From NCBI RefSeq assembly GCF_006345805.1, contig NC_043020.1:7378001-7442000 (forward strand): 64,000 nucleotides of DNA. Direction: 5' to 3'. Made by a program: the position numbers and the translations under genes. Positions 1-13,100 of the stretch are shown here, in pieces. The notes under the pieces are model-generated. The model saw only the letters and a program-made list of their open reading frames with translations. It ran no database searches and was not told the DNA's origin. The stretch is from Octopus sinensis (taxonomy: Eukaryota). Within the stretch, counting starts at the first letter, position 1. Each line of letters begins with the position of its first letter.

Positions 1-807
1 TAATTGACTTAATCCCTTTGTCTGTCCCGTCTATGTTTAGCCCCTTGTGGGCAATAAAGAAATATAACTGTTGTATTTTTTATTATTAAAAAAACCCCAC
101 AAAAACATCAATTACATTGTTACTCAAATAACATTACATTCCAAGTTCAAATCCCGCGTAGATCAACTTATCATTTCTTACTCCCAGGGTTGATTAAATA
201 AAGTACCAATTAAATATTGGAAGTCCATACTCTCAACTAACCGAATCCAGGTAAAAAAATAATATCACGGGGAATAAAATCACAGGAGTTTTGTCCTGGG
301 GTGGGGGGTTAATCCAAGGGTGTTTTGTCCGGACCCCATAAATTGTGTTTTTTTTTTCCTAGCCAAAATTGCGACTTTATTACCAGTCACCGACTAACCA
401 TCTTCACTCAAAATTACTGGCCTTGTACTCAAGTTAGAAACAATTATTACAGAAACGACATTACATTGTGAGTTCAAATTCCGCGCGGATCCACGCCAGT
501 GTTTCGTCCCTTTGCGGGGACGGACGACAACCACAACAATAATAATAAAAGTACCAGACAAGTACTGGAATTCATTGTATCGGCTAATTCCTGCCTTCAA
601 AACTACAGGACTTGCGCCTAAATCAGAAATGACATTACATTATTACTGTTTTCCGGAAAATAAACTCCCCAATCTTTTATAATATCCATCCAGCCACCCA
701 TATTCGCCGCCCTCTTTTCACGGAAGGGTCGTGGCGATTGAGTCTTCAGGTACTTCCTTCATGAAATCCTACGGAGAAAAGAGATCTTTTATAATATCAA
801 GAATATA

Positions 808-1175
808 TGGGATGGAAGCACTCCGTCGGTTACGACGATGAGGGTTCCGGTTGATCCGAATCAACGGAACAGCCTGCTCGTGAAATTAACGTGTAAGTGG
901 CTGAGCACTCCACAGACACGTGTACCCTTAACGTAGTTCTCGGGGATATTCAGCGTGACACAGAGAGTGACAAGGCCGGCCCTTTGAAATACAGGTACAA
1001 CAGAAACAGGAAGTAAGAGTGAGAGAAAGTTGTGGTGAAAGAGTACAGCAGGGATCACCACCATCCCCTGCCGGAGCCTCGTGGAACTTTAGGTGTTTTC
1101 GCTCGGTCTGGGAATCGAAACCGCGATCCTACGACCGCGAGTCCGCTGCCCTAACCACTGGGCCATTGCGCCTCC
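808..1175 (-). mobile_element. tRNA-derived SINE (tRNA-Arg-like head; resembles octopus OR-type SINEs)
   Basis: Near-identical to 43491-43862 in reverse; 13-bp TSD tatcaagaatata at 795-807 and 1176-1188. Confidence 0.9.
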
Positions 1176-2839
1176 TATCAAGAATATAATTATGGTAATA
1201 AATCGACGAATACTTGGTTGCTACTTTAATCTATCAACCTTGAAAGGATGAAAGGCAAAGTTCGTGCCAACGCGATTTGAATTTTTAAAGTAAAGGGCAG
1301 TAATTACTGCATAATTTTTTCACTGATTCCGTGCTGATTCTGTTAATTTACCGTATTGCTTGATGCTTTTTGTCTCCTTATTGGGGAACCTCGAAATATA
1401 TCATCCTTTTTTCCTAGTGAATTCCTGGAGTACCATAACCTGACTCCCCATAGACAATAAGTCATAGCTACAGAGTGATGCCCCACTAACATCGTTTCCT
1501 TATAACTTTCTAAATAAAAATTTACTTTGGAATGAAAATTTGCAGAGCTATGTTTTCAAGGGTGTAGATTAGACTTATGTTGATATCATCAGAAATTCTT
1601 TCTTTTAAAAGAATTTCAGATCATTTTTCCTACTCACGAATTTTTTTTTTCGTCATAACTCTCTTGAAAACGCATATCTTTAAATGACATTTTGCAGAAA
1701 TATATTTTCCCGAGTATGGATTACGCAATGTTATTGTTCGAACGTAGAAATCGGGGAAAATGTAAAAAAGCTAAATAGAATTTGGTAACAAGGCAAGTAC
1801 ACAGGATGAAAGAAAACGATAAGAAATTCCTCACCTCGAAAACATAAAAAAAAAATTTCTAAATATTTTTAATCACTATAATTGTAATCTAGACACTAAA
1901 AAACTATACGGAAACCAAACCTGAGGCTGGAGCACTTATCTGTAGTTATACTCTCAATATATGGGTTGAGAAATTAGATGTTGCCGTCAAAATTAAACAT
2001 TTCGTAATTGATCTTATCCATTCGTTTTTGTTTAGATGATGTAAATTACCTAGACCACAATATGCTCTACTCTTTGTATAACTTTAAGTCCCTTGGCTCA
2101 GCTGGCTACGGCTGACAGAACCTGGTATGGGCCCCTATCCAGGGTTATGGAACGGAGACAACCTTTAAAGAAATCCGGAGTGGAGCCTCGCAGGCAGTTT
2201 AGTGTTCGACTCGACACTCTTCTGGCAGCCCTTGCAACCAAGCTGGTGCCAAACATAATGCTCTGCACTCCTTTGGACTACGTCAGCAAGGTTGAGAGAG
2301 GAATCCTGACGATTGGGCTACCCAGGATTTTCTTACATTTAGCCCAGGCCTGCGCAAAACTGATTTTATGCACAACTCCATTGTCTCCCGAGACGAAAGG
2401 ATGCCAACAACTTTTGTTTTTGGATGGGATATTCTGTTTCCTTTTCCTTCTATGTAAAGTGTCAAATTTAGTCTGAACACCCAGTAATTCGCCTCCATAT
2501 TGAGGATGCTGCTAACAGAAATCCCCAAACTGTTATATCCTGGCGTTGGATAAATAATTTGATAAAGCATGGGGTAAGAAAATACTCACATGACACAATG
2601 GCATTACTGTTACACAAGGTTAAACACTCTCTACTAACGGCTCATAGTGAACTGCTTCCCAAACTGCCCGCAGTTCTTTATTTTATAGCAATGTGCCAGT
2701 CCACTTTTAGTCACTTGGTGGGTGGTCAGAATTCTTCTACAACACAAACTATCTGTTATTTATCTCCTTAACTTGGTATACTCTGTCATTTACCCTTTTG
2801 CAAAAATATCAGTGCTATAATAGTATTTATGTATGTATG

Positions 2840-3806
2840 TGTAACGATATGTATTCGTAACGAAAAAGTTTTTGGTTGAAGTCGAGGGTTACCAACTGTA
2901 ACGGTTGAGATTGATTAATGTAATTACCAATTGTAACGGGTAAGATTGATTAGTAAACACTATTATGAAATGTCGGAGTCAGCAGATGTGACTATATAAA
3001 TTTGTTGTTATAATTGTATACTGTAGGATGTGAAAGATGAACAATGCATGAAGTTTTAAGAAAGTATTTATTTACCGTTACGTTACAATACCTTGCCTCG
3101 ATGGGCAGCTTATAATAAATCCAAAAGCATGTGAAGTAAAGTTTGTGTTTGTGTTCTCTTCACTGTTTAGTAGTAATTACAGAGAGAGATAGAAAGATGT
3201 AAGAGAACAGAATTAGAGCTAGTGAAAGTTGTAGGGTTGTGAGACGTTGTCTCACAGTTGTTGCTGACAGTTATTTCATTTCTCTCACTGACCATTGTCT
3301 TTAGCAGCTGCATTCCTTGTGATCATGATTCTAGCAGTCCATTCCCTAATTAATTGAGTCATCACGAGCCACCTCGCTTGGTTGTCGCCTAGTGACTACT
3401 TGATTTTTGATTGGGGTGTTCTTGCTTTTATAACTATCCAGAAGGATAGACATATCATTGAGAACAATAGATTTAGTTGGCGGACTTGTTAACTCTATTC
3501 TAGCTTTTGGTGAAGTAGAAGGGGTTAGAAAGAGTCAAGTGGTGAAGACATTATTTCGGTCTAGCTAAAGGCATCTGGAAAATGTAAAACTGCTGTCAGA
3601 GAAAAACCATTGTTCTACCATGGGAAAAGTTCTGTTGCAGTGTTAATTTGTATGTTCTCTTCTGCTTTTAATTAGTTGAAGTTTCCCTGTAAAGCTGCTG
3701 GTTTCTCACAAATATACAAAGCTCCATTACTGGAATTTAGAAAACAAAAATAAATTCACATTTTAAACTTGTGCAAATTTTGCAGATTTTTACTGTTCCA
3801 CTTACA
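2840..3806 (-). mobile_element. Candidate solo LTR
   Basis: Termini TGTAA...TTACA; flanks gtatg/gaatg (4/5 match); on - strand TATAAAAG near 3430 precedes AATAAA near 3070. Confidence 0.45.
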
Positions 3807-4331
3807 GAATGTATTTGTAATGGGCAAATTAGATAGTTGAATTCTTTTTCCGAAAACCCTAGATCCTGCAGATACTCATGTAGTGACACCAGGTTTTAGA
3901 TGCCATTTTGGGACGTCCATCTGCGCATGTGTGCAATGTTTGGTGTCTTCCGGTAGGCTTGCCGGAAGTCCCCTGATGTGCATGCGCAGAAATCAGGAGC
4001 AGTTAGCTTTTCCCGCCTTTCCAAGCCGCTTGGCGGTCAATGAATTAAGACTTATCCCGACAAGGCTCCGAGCGAAGGGAATAGAGAAAAGGTGTCTGTC
4101 TGTCTGTGTGTGAGTTTGAGAAAAGATGGAAACGTGCGGCACGATTGCTGCGAGTGAAAGTGGCCACATGAACACGCTATGAGTTCGCTGCCGAGTTTCA
4201 GTGGGAAAAAAAGGGCTCATGGGGTCGGCAATCCTGGTGTTCCCACTTCATGTGTCGTTTTTATGTTGTGCTGTAAAAAAATTTTGTGTATCATTCGATT
4301 TCCTCGACTTTTCTTTCGATTTTATGTAAAA

Positions 4332-4698
4332 CTAGCAGTATCGCCCGGCGTTGCTCGGGTTTGTAAGGGAAATAACTATAAAGCATTTTTAGAGAGTTAT
4401 AGCCAAAAAAATGGAAAAAAAATTATGGTAAATTTTTTTTTGAGAGTTAAAACGGTCGAGTTGCGTCCCCTAGACAGTCTGTGGTTTGTGTTTCTGATTC
4501 TCGACCCCATGTCGAATTTATCGATTTTTTTCAGAACTGGGGGAACTTTTCAAAATTTTCTCTGCGTTAGTTTTGAATTATGACATTGGGCTATGAGTGT
4601 GTCAAGTTTCATCATAATCGGTTGAAAGCCGTGGTCAGGATGAGGGTACAACCTGACAGACACACACACAGACAAACTGCCGTTTATATATAGAGAGA
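4332..4698 (-). mobile_element. Non-autonomous Helitron
   Basis: On - strand: A|TC start, (GTCT/GT) microsatellite, terminal hairpin CCCGAGCAACGCCGGG, CTAG|T end. Confidence 0.85.
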
Positions 4699-4796
4699 TT
4701 CTTAAAGATCATTTTTATGTAAATTTCATCCGTTTCTCATGACCCCCCCCCCTATACGTTGGCCCCTTGTGGGTAATAAAGAAATTGAGCGAAGGG

Positions 4797-4864
4797 GTGA
4801 ACCAGACTCTGCAGGCGGTGAACCAGACTCCGCGGGCGGTGAACCAGACTCTGCAGGCGGTGAA
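4797..4864 (+). repeat. 21-bp tandem repeat x3
   Basis: ggtgaaccagactctgcaggc units. Confidence 0.9.
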
Positions 4865-5030
4865 GACTGTTTTAACCATGGGGATTTAATTCGACTCTGT
4901 TGTTTACCTAACCCTGGCGTTCACGCTCCCGATAACCAGCGATGAAGTATCTCCTTCGGTGATAATAATAAACTATTATTGTTATTTGTTCAGCTATTCG
5001 TGTTCCTACCGTTTTATTCCTTTTTTTAAT

Positions 5031-5422
5031 CTTTTACTTTTACTTGTTTCAGTCATTTGACTGTGGCCATGCTGGAGCACCGCCTTTAGTCGAGCAAATC
5101 GACCCCGGGACTTATTCTTTTGTAAGCCCAGTACTTATTCTATTGGTCTCTTTTGCCGAACCGCTAAGTGACGGGGACGTAAACACACCAGCATCGGTTG
5201 TCAAGCAATGCTAGGGGGACAAACACACACATACATACATATATATATACATATATACGACAGGCTTCTTTTCAGTTTCCGTCTACCAAATCCACTCACA
5301 AGGCATTGGTCGGCCCGGGGCTATAGCAGAAGACACTTGCCCAAGATGCCACGCAGTGGGACTGAACCCGGAACCATGTGGTTGGTTAGCAAGCTACTTA
5401 CCACACAGCCACTCCTGCGCCT
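5031..5422 (-). mobile_element. SINE family A (tRNA-like head, CCTTGGGCAAG segment, internal (TA)/(TG) tract, GAGTAAAA-type tail)
   Basis: At least 18 full or partial copies, e.g. 8539-8918(-), 21180-21592(-), 30352-30760(-), 30900-31277(-), 33627-34050(+), 45582-45975(+), 47128-47543(-), 47861-48295(+), 51220-51514(-), 52615-53680(+ x3), 58395-58950(-). Confidence 0.9.
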
Positions 5423-5945
5423 TTCTACAACATTGTAGGGAAAATGTGTGAAGCCCCCTACAAGTGCAGATATCGCACATAGATAGATAACAAAAATCCA
5501 ACACTCATAATCACTATCGGTATAAATGTGAATTTATTATTTAGACATGGAAGCTGGAGGTTCAAAGAAGCTGTTTGTAGTTATCCACTTTCTCAATGAT
5601 TTTCAAAGAGATACTCACTACACTCTCGGAGTGGTTGGCATTAGGAAGGGCATCCAGCTGTAGAAATTCTGCCAGATCAGACTGGAGCCTGGTGCAGCCA
5701 TCTGGTTCGCCAGTCCTCCTGTCAAATCGTCCAACCCATGCTAGCATGGAAAGCGGACGCTAAATGACGATGACGATGATGATGACTCACCTCAGCAGGG
5801 TAGCTAACCTCTGTGACCAAATTTCAGGCCTGGTCCCTATGGTAGAAAGAATTATTAATAGTCTGAAAGTAAACTAGCAGAACCATTAGCCTGTCTGACA
5901 AAATGCTTAGTAGTATTTCTTTTGGCCCTTCGCAGCCAGAGTTCA

Positions 5946-6306
5946 AATCTTGCTGAAGTCAACATTGTCTGTCGTTTATTTTAGGGCTGATCAGATAAGG
6001 TACCAGTCAAGCACAAGGGTCAATGTAATTAATATGATCCCTTCCTCCAAAATAACTCTTAATGATTTAAGTGTGCTGGCAGTGCTGTCTGTCTCACTGC
6101 GACCGATATTGGCAGATAAAATACAATCTTGCTAGTGCCAACATTGTCTGTCGTTTATTTTAGGGCTGATCAGATAGAGTACCAGTCAAGCACAAGGGTC
6201 AATGTAATTAATATGATCCCTTCCTCCAAAATAACTCTTAATAATTTAAGTGTGCTGGCAGTGCTGTCTGTCTCACTGCGACCGATATTGGCAGATAAAA
6301 TACAAT
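5946..6306 (+). repeat. 179-bp tandem duplication upstream of exon 1
   Basis: aacattgtct at 5961 and 6140; includes part of a family-B SINE. Confidence 0.9.
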
Positions 6307-6559
6307 TATTGCTTAACTTTGGTAAACTAGACCGAGAAGATCTATGATCAAAGACATTCCAGCTGTGCCCTTCCAGTTTTCCAGCAAATTATTTTAGACT
6401 GTATAATCTACCATATCCTTCATACTTTTGTTAATTATTTAAGACGGTGGGTGTGATTTGAGTGGGGTTTAGCTGCTATTTTTAGAGGCTTGAATGACCG
6501 CCTGTACAAACCTGCCACCTGTGGAAAGTGGTGGTGGGAGAAAAGAGAAAGAAGCGTAA

Positions 6560-6607
6560 GCCACGTGACCAACTGACTTACCTGTCAATGGCGTCGCGAG
6601 TTCAGTT
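6560..6607 (+). promoter_or_regulatory. Candidate core promoter: E-box and initiator
   Basis: GCCACGTGAC at 6560-6569 and TCAGTT (invertebrate Inr consensus TCAKTY) at 6602-6607; locally CpG-rich; no ATG seen between it and 6828. Confidence 0.35.
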
Positions 6608-6827
6608 GAAGTGTTTCACCTGTAATTTGCCAACTTTTAAAACTAAACAAAACAACCGGAATAGGTCACCAGCTACACCAACAAGTTGTCTCCCGACCCC
6701 GTTCCCCCCATCATAATTATCGCCATTACCTTTAGTTTTTAATTAATTTCCGTCAACACCTTTGAAACTTTTAACCAGGAAAGAAAAGACACTCCCAAAC
6801 TAAGCTGCGACCAGAGAACGAGGAAAA

Positions 6828-7118
6828 ATGGGCCACAAAAGATGGCATATAATTCTTGACTGGATCCTCTTACATATTCTCGTCTTCTCTTGGTGTCCAT
6901 CGACTTGTTGGGCTGAAATTGTGAAATGCAATGAACCATATGGCAGATATGAATTGGACAAGCGTCACGTCATGACCCACACCACCTACGGAACTGTTGA
7001 AGGTTTCTCTATACCTGTTCATAACACGCTTCTCAAAGACAGACGAGTGAACGTCTTTCTTGGCATTCCTTATGCCAGAAGACCCACCGACAAGGACCAC
7101 AAAGAATATCGCTTCAGG
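6828..7118 (+). CDS. Exon 1: signal peptide and N-terminus of the esterase domain
   Basis: AAAATGG start context; hydrophobic leader HIILDWILLHILVFSWCPSTCWA; TTYGTVEGF, VFLGIPYARRP, EYRFR; donor AGG|GTAAAA, phase 0. Confidence 0.92.
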
Positions 7119-10100
7119 GTAAAAGATTTAAGATTATAATATAATATTATATATATATATAGTACTATGGTGTATATATATATATATATAGAGAGAGAGA
7201 GATATATATAGTACTATGGTATATGTGTATATATATATATATATATAAGGTTGTCCCAAAAGTTCGTAGAAAGTCTTGGAAAATAATGGTCTTTATTTTG
7301 AAGAATAATTTTTGTTGTTTTTGTTAGTACTTGGCAAGTAAAAATTCAATTTTCGCAAGTGTTTACGAACTTTTGGGACAACCTAATATATATATATATA
7401 TATATATGGTACTATGGTATATATATGGTAGATAATAGTTAAAATATATACTATATGGTACTATATATATATATAGTTGTGTGTGTATTAAAAAAATGTT
7501 TAAAGGGGATAAATATATCCTGGTGGATACTGATTTATCTCATAAAATAGTTTATATGCTGTAGTTTTGGATGTGTATAAATCTCCACTCACCTCTTGGT
7601 TTTCAATTATATACATAATACAAACATACATACATACACACCCATATATATATATACACACACACATATATATATATATATAAATATATATATAAGTTGA
7701 AAATGCACAGATAATAGTTAAAATATTTTTTATATTGTATTTTAAATGAATTTTATATATTTTTTTAAATATAAGTATTTTAATTATTCTCCATGCATTT
7801 TCAACTAAAATAACAAATAACATTGGAGGAGGGAGTTCCAGCCCGTTTCTATGGAGTCCTGTCTGTTTTGTAAAGATTATCATTTTGGGTATTTTCCCGG
7901 TTTATGACCAGGAAGTGGAAAAATATCCAAAGCAATCGGCATTGAAATTTCGAAACAAGCCTTTTCTGTTCCCAGAATTGTAATCTTCACATTTTAAAAA
8001 CATGGGATCCTGAAATAATTTTTGAAAAAACAACAAAAAAAAAGTGTGAAAACCCACAAATATTGGGACGAATTTGAAAAGCTGTTTTTTTTTTTTTTTT
8101 CATTTTCTATATTTTACGTCTTTCAGTCATTGAACTGCGGCCTTGCTGGGGCACCTGCCTCGAAGGGTTTAGTCGAATTAATCGATCCCACTACTTTTTG
8201 TTAAAGCCTGGTATTTATTCTGTTGGTTCGTTTTGCCGAACCGCTAAGTTACGAAGACATAAACAAAACAACACAAGTTGTCTAGCTATTTTAAAAATAA
8301 GTTTGGTAATGTTATTTTGTTTGTTTTTAAAGCCATTTTAACGGTGCTGGTTGCACTGATGGATAACGCTGGTTTGAGTGAGGCTGCGTGGATAGATAAG
8401 GGAAGAACGAGGAAGCCGGGATTAAGTGCAATGATTTATTCAAACCGAAAGTGTTACAACGGCAAAGCTGTAAAGATACATCTTGAACGAACGGTCAGAA
8501 TATATACACAATGGTTTAACAAGCACTTGGTACATATCTCTTTTACTCTTTTACTTGTTTCAGTCATTTGACTGCGGCCACGCTGGAGCACCGCCTTTAG
8601 TCGAGCAAATCGACCCCGGGACTTATTCTTTGTAAGCCCAGTACTTATTCTATCGGTCTCTTTTGCCGAACCGCTAAGTGACGGGGCCGTAAACACACCA
8701 GCATCGGTTGTCAAGCAATGCTAGGGGGACAAACACACACACATACATATATACGACAGGCTTCTTTCAGTTTCCGTCTACCAAATCCACTCACAAGGCA
8801 TTGGCCGGCCCGGGGCTATAGCAGAAGACATTTGCCCAAGATGTCACGCAGTGGGACTGAACCCGGAACCATGTGGTTGGTTAGCAAGCTACTTACCACA
8901 CAGCCACTCCTGCGCCTATATATATATATAATAATAATGAAATTATTGTATACAGTGCTCAGGTGCACCACAACTTGTCAAAAGTGCGTATAAAGTATAT
9001 GCAGTAATGTACAAATGTCTGGAAAGCGAACAGTGTATGAGTCAGATACATGCTTGCGTGTGTATGGAGGGGAGAAAATCAGGTGTAGTGTTGGCGAATC
9101 TCAGGAAGCATGGAAGTTTTGAAGGATGCAGTGCTCCGAAAACTAGCAACTGATGGTGGCAGTTTGTTCCATGCTTCAGCAACTCTCAGCGTGAAAAAAA
9201 AATGTTTCCGAAAGTCATGGGAGTTGTGCTGTTTTCTGACTTTGTAAATTATGTCCACGGGTGTTCGACGGGTGGATTTTGAAAAGGTGCTCAGAGTTAT
9301 TGTTTGTAAGATGATGGTGATGTTATGCTGGATAGAACAAGAAGAACAAATACGGGATATAACTTCTGCCGGAGGACAGGAACAAATGTACACGTCAAGG
9401 ATAGCCGAGGCTGGCTGCGGAAATAAACTTGTTCTCGGTCGAAGATCCAAACTCGATCCTGCAGACCCACCTCACTGAAGAAATAGCAGGAAAGGTTTCC
9501 TTAAATAGCCTGATGCTAGGGCTAGTGGATAGACACAAAATTGGTACGCTTGGCTGGTCTCTCACATGATGGGGTAAACAGCTTGTTCTCTCTGATTCCT
9601 CCTTCAGTATAATAATAATAATAATAATAAAACATTGTGTACAGTGCTCAGGTGCACTACAACTCATCTAAAGTGTATGTATAATCAGGTGTAGTTTCGG
9701 CGGATTTCGGAAAGCATGAGGGCCTTAAAGGATGCAGTGTCATGGCAGTCAACAACTGACGCAGGCAGTTTGTTCCATGCTTCAGCAACTCTGAGTGTGA
9801 AAAAATGCTTCCGAAAGTCATGGGAGCTGTGTTGTTTTCTGACTTTGTAAATATGTCCACGTGTGTTAGACTCATGGAGATCAAAAAGGTGTTCAGTGTT
9901 GTTGTTGGTGAGGTGGTTGATAATTTTGTGGGTGTTTACCAAGTCCGTCGCCAGACGCCGGAACTTCAGTGAATCCATGCCCAGGGAAACAAGGCGCTCA
10001 GAATATGGTAGGTGTCTGATGGAGGGTATGCGTTTGGTTGCACGTCTCTGGACAGATTCCAGGAGGTCAATGTTCTGAGCAAGATAGGGATTCCAAACTG

Positions 10101-13100
10101 ATGATGCGAATTCCAAGTGTGGTCGTACCATAGCTGTATACAGTTTTAAATAGATGGCTGGAGAGCGGCTAACAAAAGTCTTGCTGAGTGATGCCAAGAC
10201 ACCCTCGGCCTTCTTGACAATTTTAGAGATATGCTTTGTCCAACGCAATCTGCTCTAAGACCGTCTCTTTAATATTTAAACCAGTCATATCCGGTTCCAA
10301 ACTTTCTACATGTTTCAGGTAAACATGGCCAGGTAAACAAGCATAACATTTGGCAGAGTAATCAGAAAACACTAAACAGCTATTGTTGCTTGTCTTTGAC
10401 CCCGAATACTACTTCACTAAACCCCTACTTTACTCTGTTTGTCTTCTGACCCCTATCATATGTTTTTTTGTTAACTCCCTGTTTTTTTTACTATTTACCT
10501 CTTTCTTAGTTTTTGTTTTGACCTGACAAAGTGTGTTGTTAAATGTCCTCTTTTATATTCTCTCTCCGGAACAGATTCCCGACGAACCAGAATGGGATGG
10601 TTTGTGGAAGGCTACGAAATTCGGCCCTGCCTGTCCACAGGCTCCATGGTACGCCCGTGAAACTATCCCTGACTTTCATGAGATGGATGAAGACTGCCTT
10701 TACTTGAATATTTATGCTCCAAATGTAAGTTTGTCTTTACATTGAAATGTAGACGAGAGAGAGGTTAGCATGGCCCAGGCGAAAGGGCCTATAGATTGGA
10801 GAAGGACACCTTGACCACAAGGTGCTTGAGAGAGAGGTTAGCATGGCTCAGGTGAAAGGGCCTATAGATTGGAGAAGGACACCTTGACCACAAGGTGCTT
10901 GAGAGAGAGGTTAGCATGACCCAGGTGAATGGGCCTATAGATTGGAGAAGGACACCTTGACCACTAAGGTGCTTATCTCAGCTGTCAGATGACCATGGTT
11001 TTGTGGGGTTTCCACAAATAACGCTCAAAGGTTGCCCAATTTTAGGGGAAATTTTCATTATTGAAATTTGCTTTTGTTATTTCTCTTGTTTACATGTTTT
11101 TTTTTTATTTATGTAATCCTACAAGGTATCATCCTTTGCCATCCTCAATCGTTTTGTGAGCTTTTGAGGATAATAAAGAAAACATTATTATTATTATTAT
11201 TATTAGTAGTAGTAGTAGTAGTTGGTGGTGGTGAGCTGGCAGAATTGTTAGCACACTGGGCAAACTGCTTAGCATTTCATCTGCCTTCACGTTCTGAGTT
11301 CAAATTCTGCTGCATCCTTCCAGGGTCGATAAATTAAATACCAGTGAAACACTGGGGGCAATGTAATTCACTAATCCCTTCCCACAAAATTTCAGGTTTT
11401 GTGTCTATAATAGAAAGGATTATTATTATCATTAAGATGGTGAGCTGACAGAATCGTTAGCACACTGGACGAAGTGCTTAGCGGTATTTCGTCTGCCCCT
11501 ATGTTAGGAGTTCAAATTCTGCTGAAGTTGACTTTGCTTTTTATCCTTCCAGGGTTGATAAATTAAGTACCAGTAAAATACTGGGGGCAATGTAATTCAC
11601 TAATCCCTTCCCGCAAAATTTCAGGTTTTGGGCCTTTAGTAGAAAAGATTACTATTAAGATGGTGAGCTGGCAGGATAGTTAGCACACTGGACGAAATGC
11701 TTAGCGGTATTTCGCCCATCGCTACATTCTGAGTTCAAATTCTGCTGAGAATGATTTTGCTTTTTATTCTTTCAGAGTCGATAAATTAAGTACCAGTGAA
11801 ACACTGGGGTCTATTTAATCGACTTATCCCCTCCCCACAAATGACTGCCCTTGTGGCAAAATTTGAAGCCATTATTATTGCCTCTGCCTTAGGGAAAGTG
11901 GAAGGATTGTTTACAGTCGCATTTGTTTGTTTGTTTGTCCATGGACAAGATATCTCAAGAACCGCTGGATGGATTCAGATGAAACTTCCAGGAATGTTTG
12001 GCCTCGTGACCGCCACAAACTGATTAGATTTTGGGATCGATCCGGTACAATTTTTGAGAGAGTGGTTGGGTTCATTTTCAGTATTCTCATTGGTGAGAGC
12101 AGTCAAGTTTATTTCAGATATTCTCATTTTAAAAATCATCTCTGGTTAATCATTGAGAGGATGTTGGTATTGCCCTGGTGGAGGTTTGCGCTTTCTGAGT
12201 GCTCTTATTATTATTCAAATAAGAGGATGCACGACCCAGCGGTAAGGGCATTGTGCTTGCAATCATAAGGTTGTGGTTTCAATCCCTAGATCGGATGGTG
12301 TGTTGTGTTCTTGAGCAAAAAACACTTCATCTTGCGTTGCTTTGCTATCATGTGGACAGCTGATGTGTGGTGCACTGTGAACCTGTTCAAGCAACATTGG
12401 TTTGATGGACGGAATAAGCTAATGTTCGGCACATACATTTGATCTCTATGAAATAAGTCATTTGTGCAGGTCGTTCAGTAAAGAAGCTGAACACTCATCT
12501 GTCATCTTCAATAGGAGAGTCCGTCAGTATTATTATTATTAAGGCATCAAGCTGGCAAAATTGTTTGGCTGTCAAACAAAATTGGCCCCTTGAATTCTGA
12601 GTTCAAATGCTGCTGCAATCTGCTTTTCCTTTCATCCTTTTGAGGCTGGTAAGATAAAGTACGTAACAAATTGAGGGGTCAATAGTATTGACTAACTCCT
12701 TTTCCTCAAAACTTCTGGCCTTGTGTCAAAATTTATTGGGTTGGGACATAATTATTGCAGCTTTTTTTCAACAAATTTTATTCAACAAAAACATCTTTAA
12801 ATGACGGTCTGACCGTCTGCCAAGCAAATGGGAAGCAGTAATTGAAGTAGATGGTGAATATGCTCCAGAATAATCATTTAAAGATGTTTTTGTTGAATAA
12901 GATTTGTTGAAAAAAAGTTGCAATAATTATGCACCAACCCATTACTACTGCTACTACTAAGGGTAAAGATGCACCTTCGGTCAAGAATGACCATGGCATT
13001 GCACCTAGAAAGATGCCCACTGAGGCACAAGTCCAGGCAAGGTTGTTTATAGAAGACCAGCAGTTGCCCATGCATACCAGCCCGTGGTCGCCCTGCTTCT

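Noticed and set aside
2093-2476. 127-aa ORF
   Set aside because: TTG start, no recognisable motif and no splice support
10755-10830. Functional U6 snRNA gene or hammerhead
   Set aside because: Only ~25-30 nt resemble U6, with no 5' stem-loop or T-run terminator; no CUGANGA/GAAA core around the hairpins
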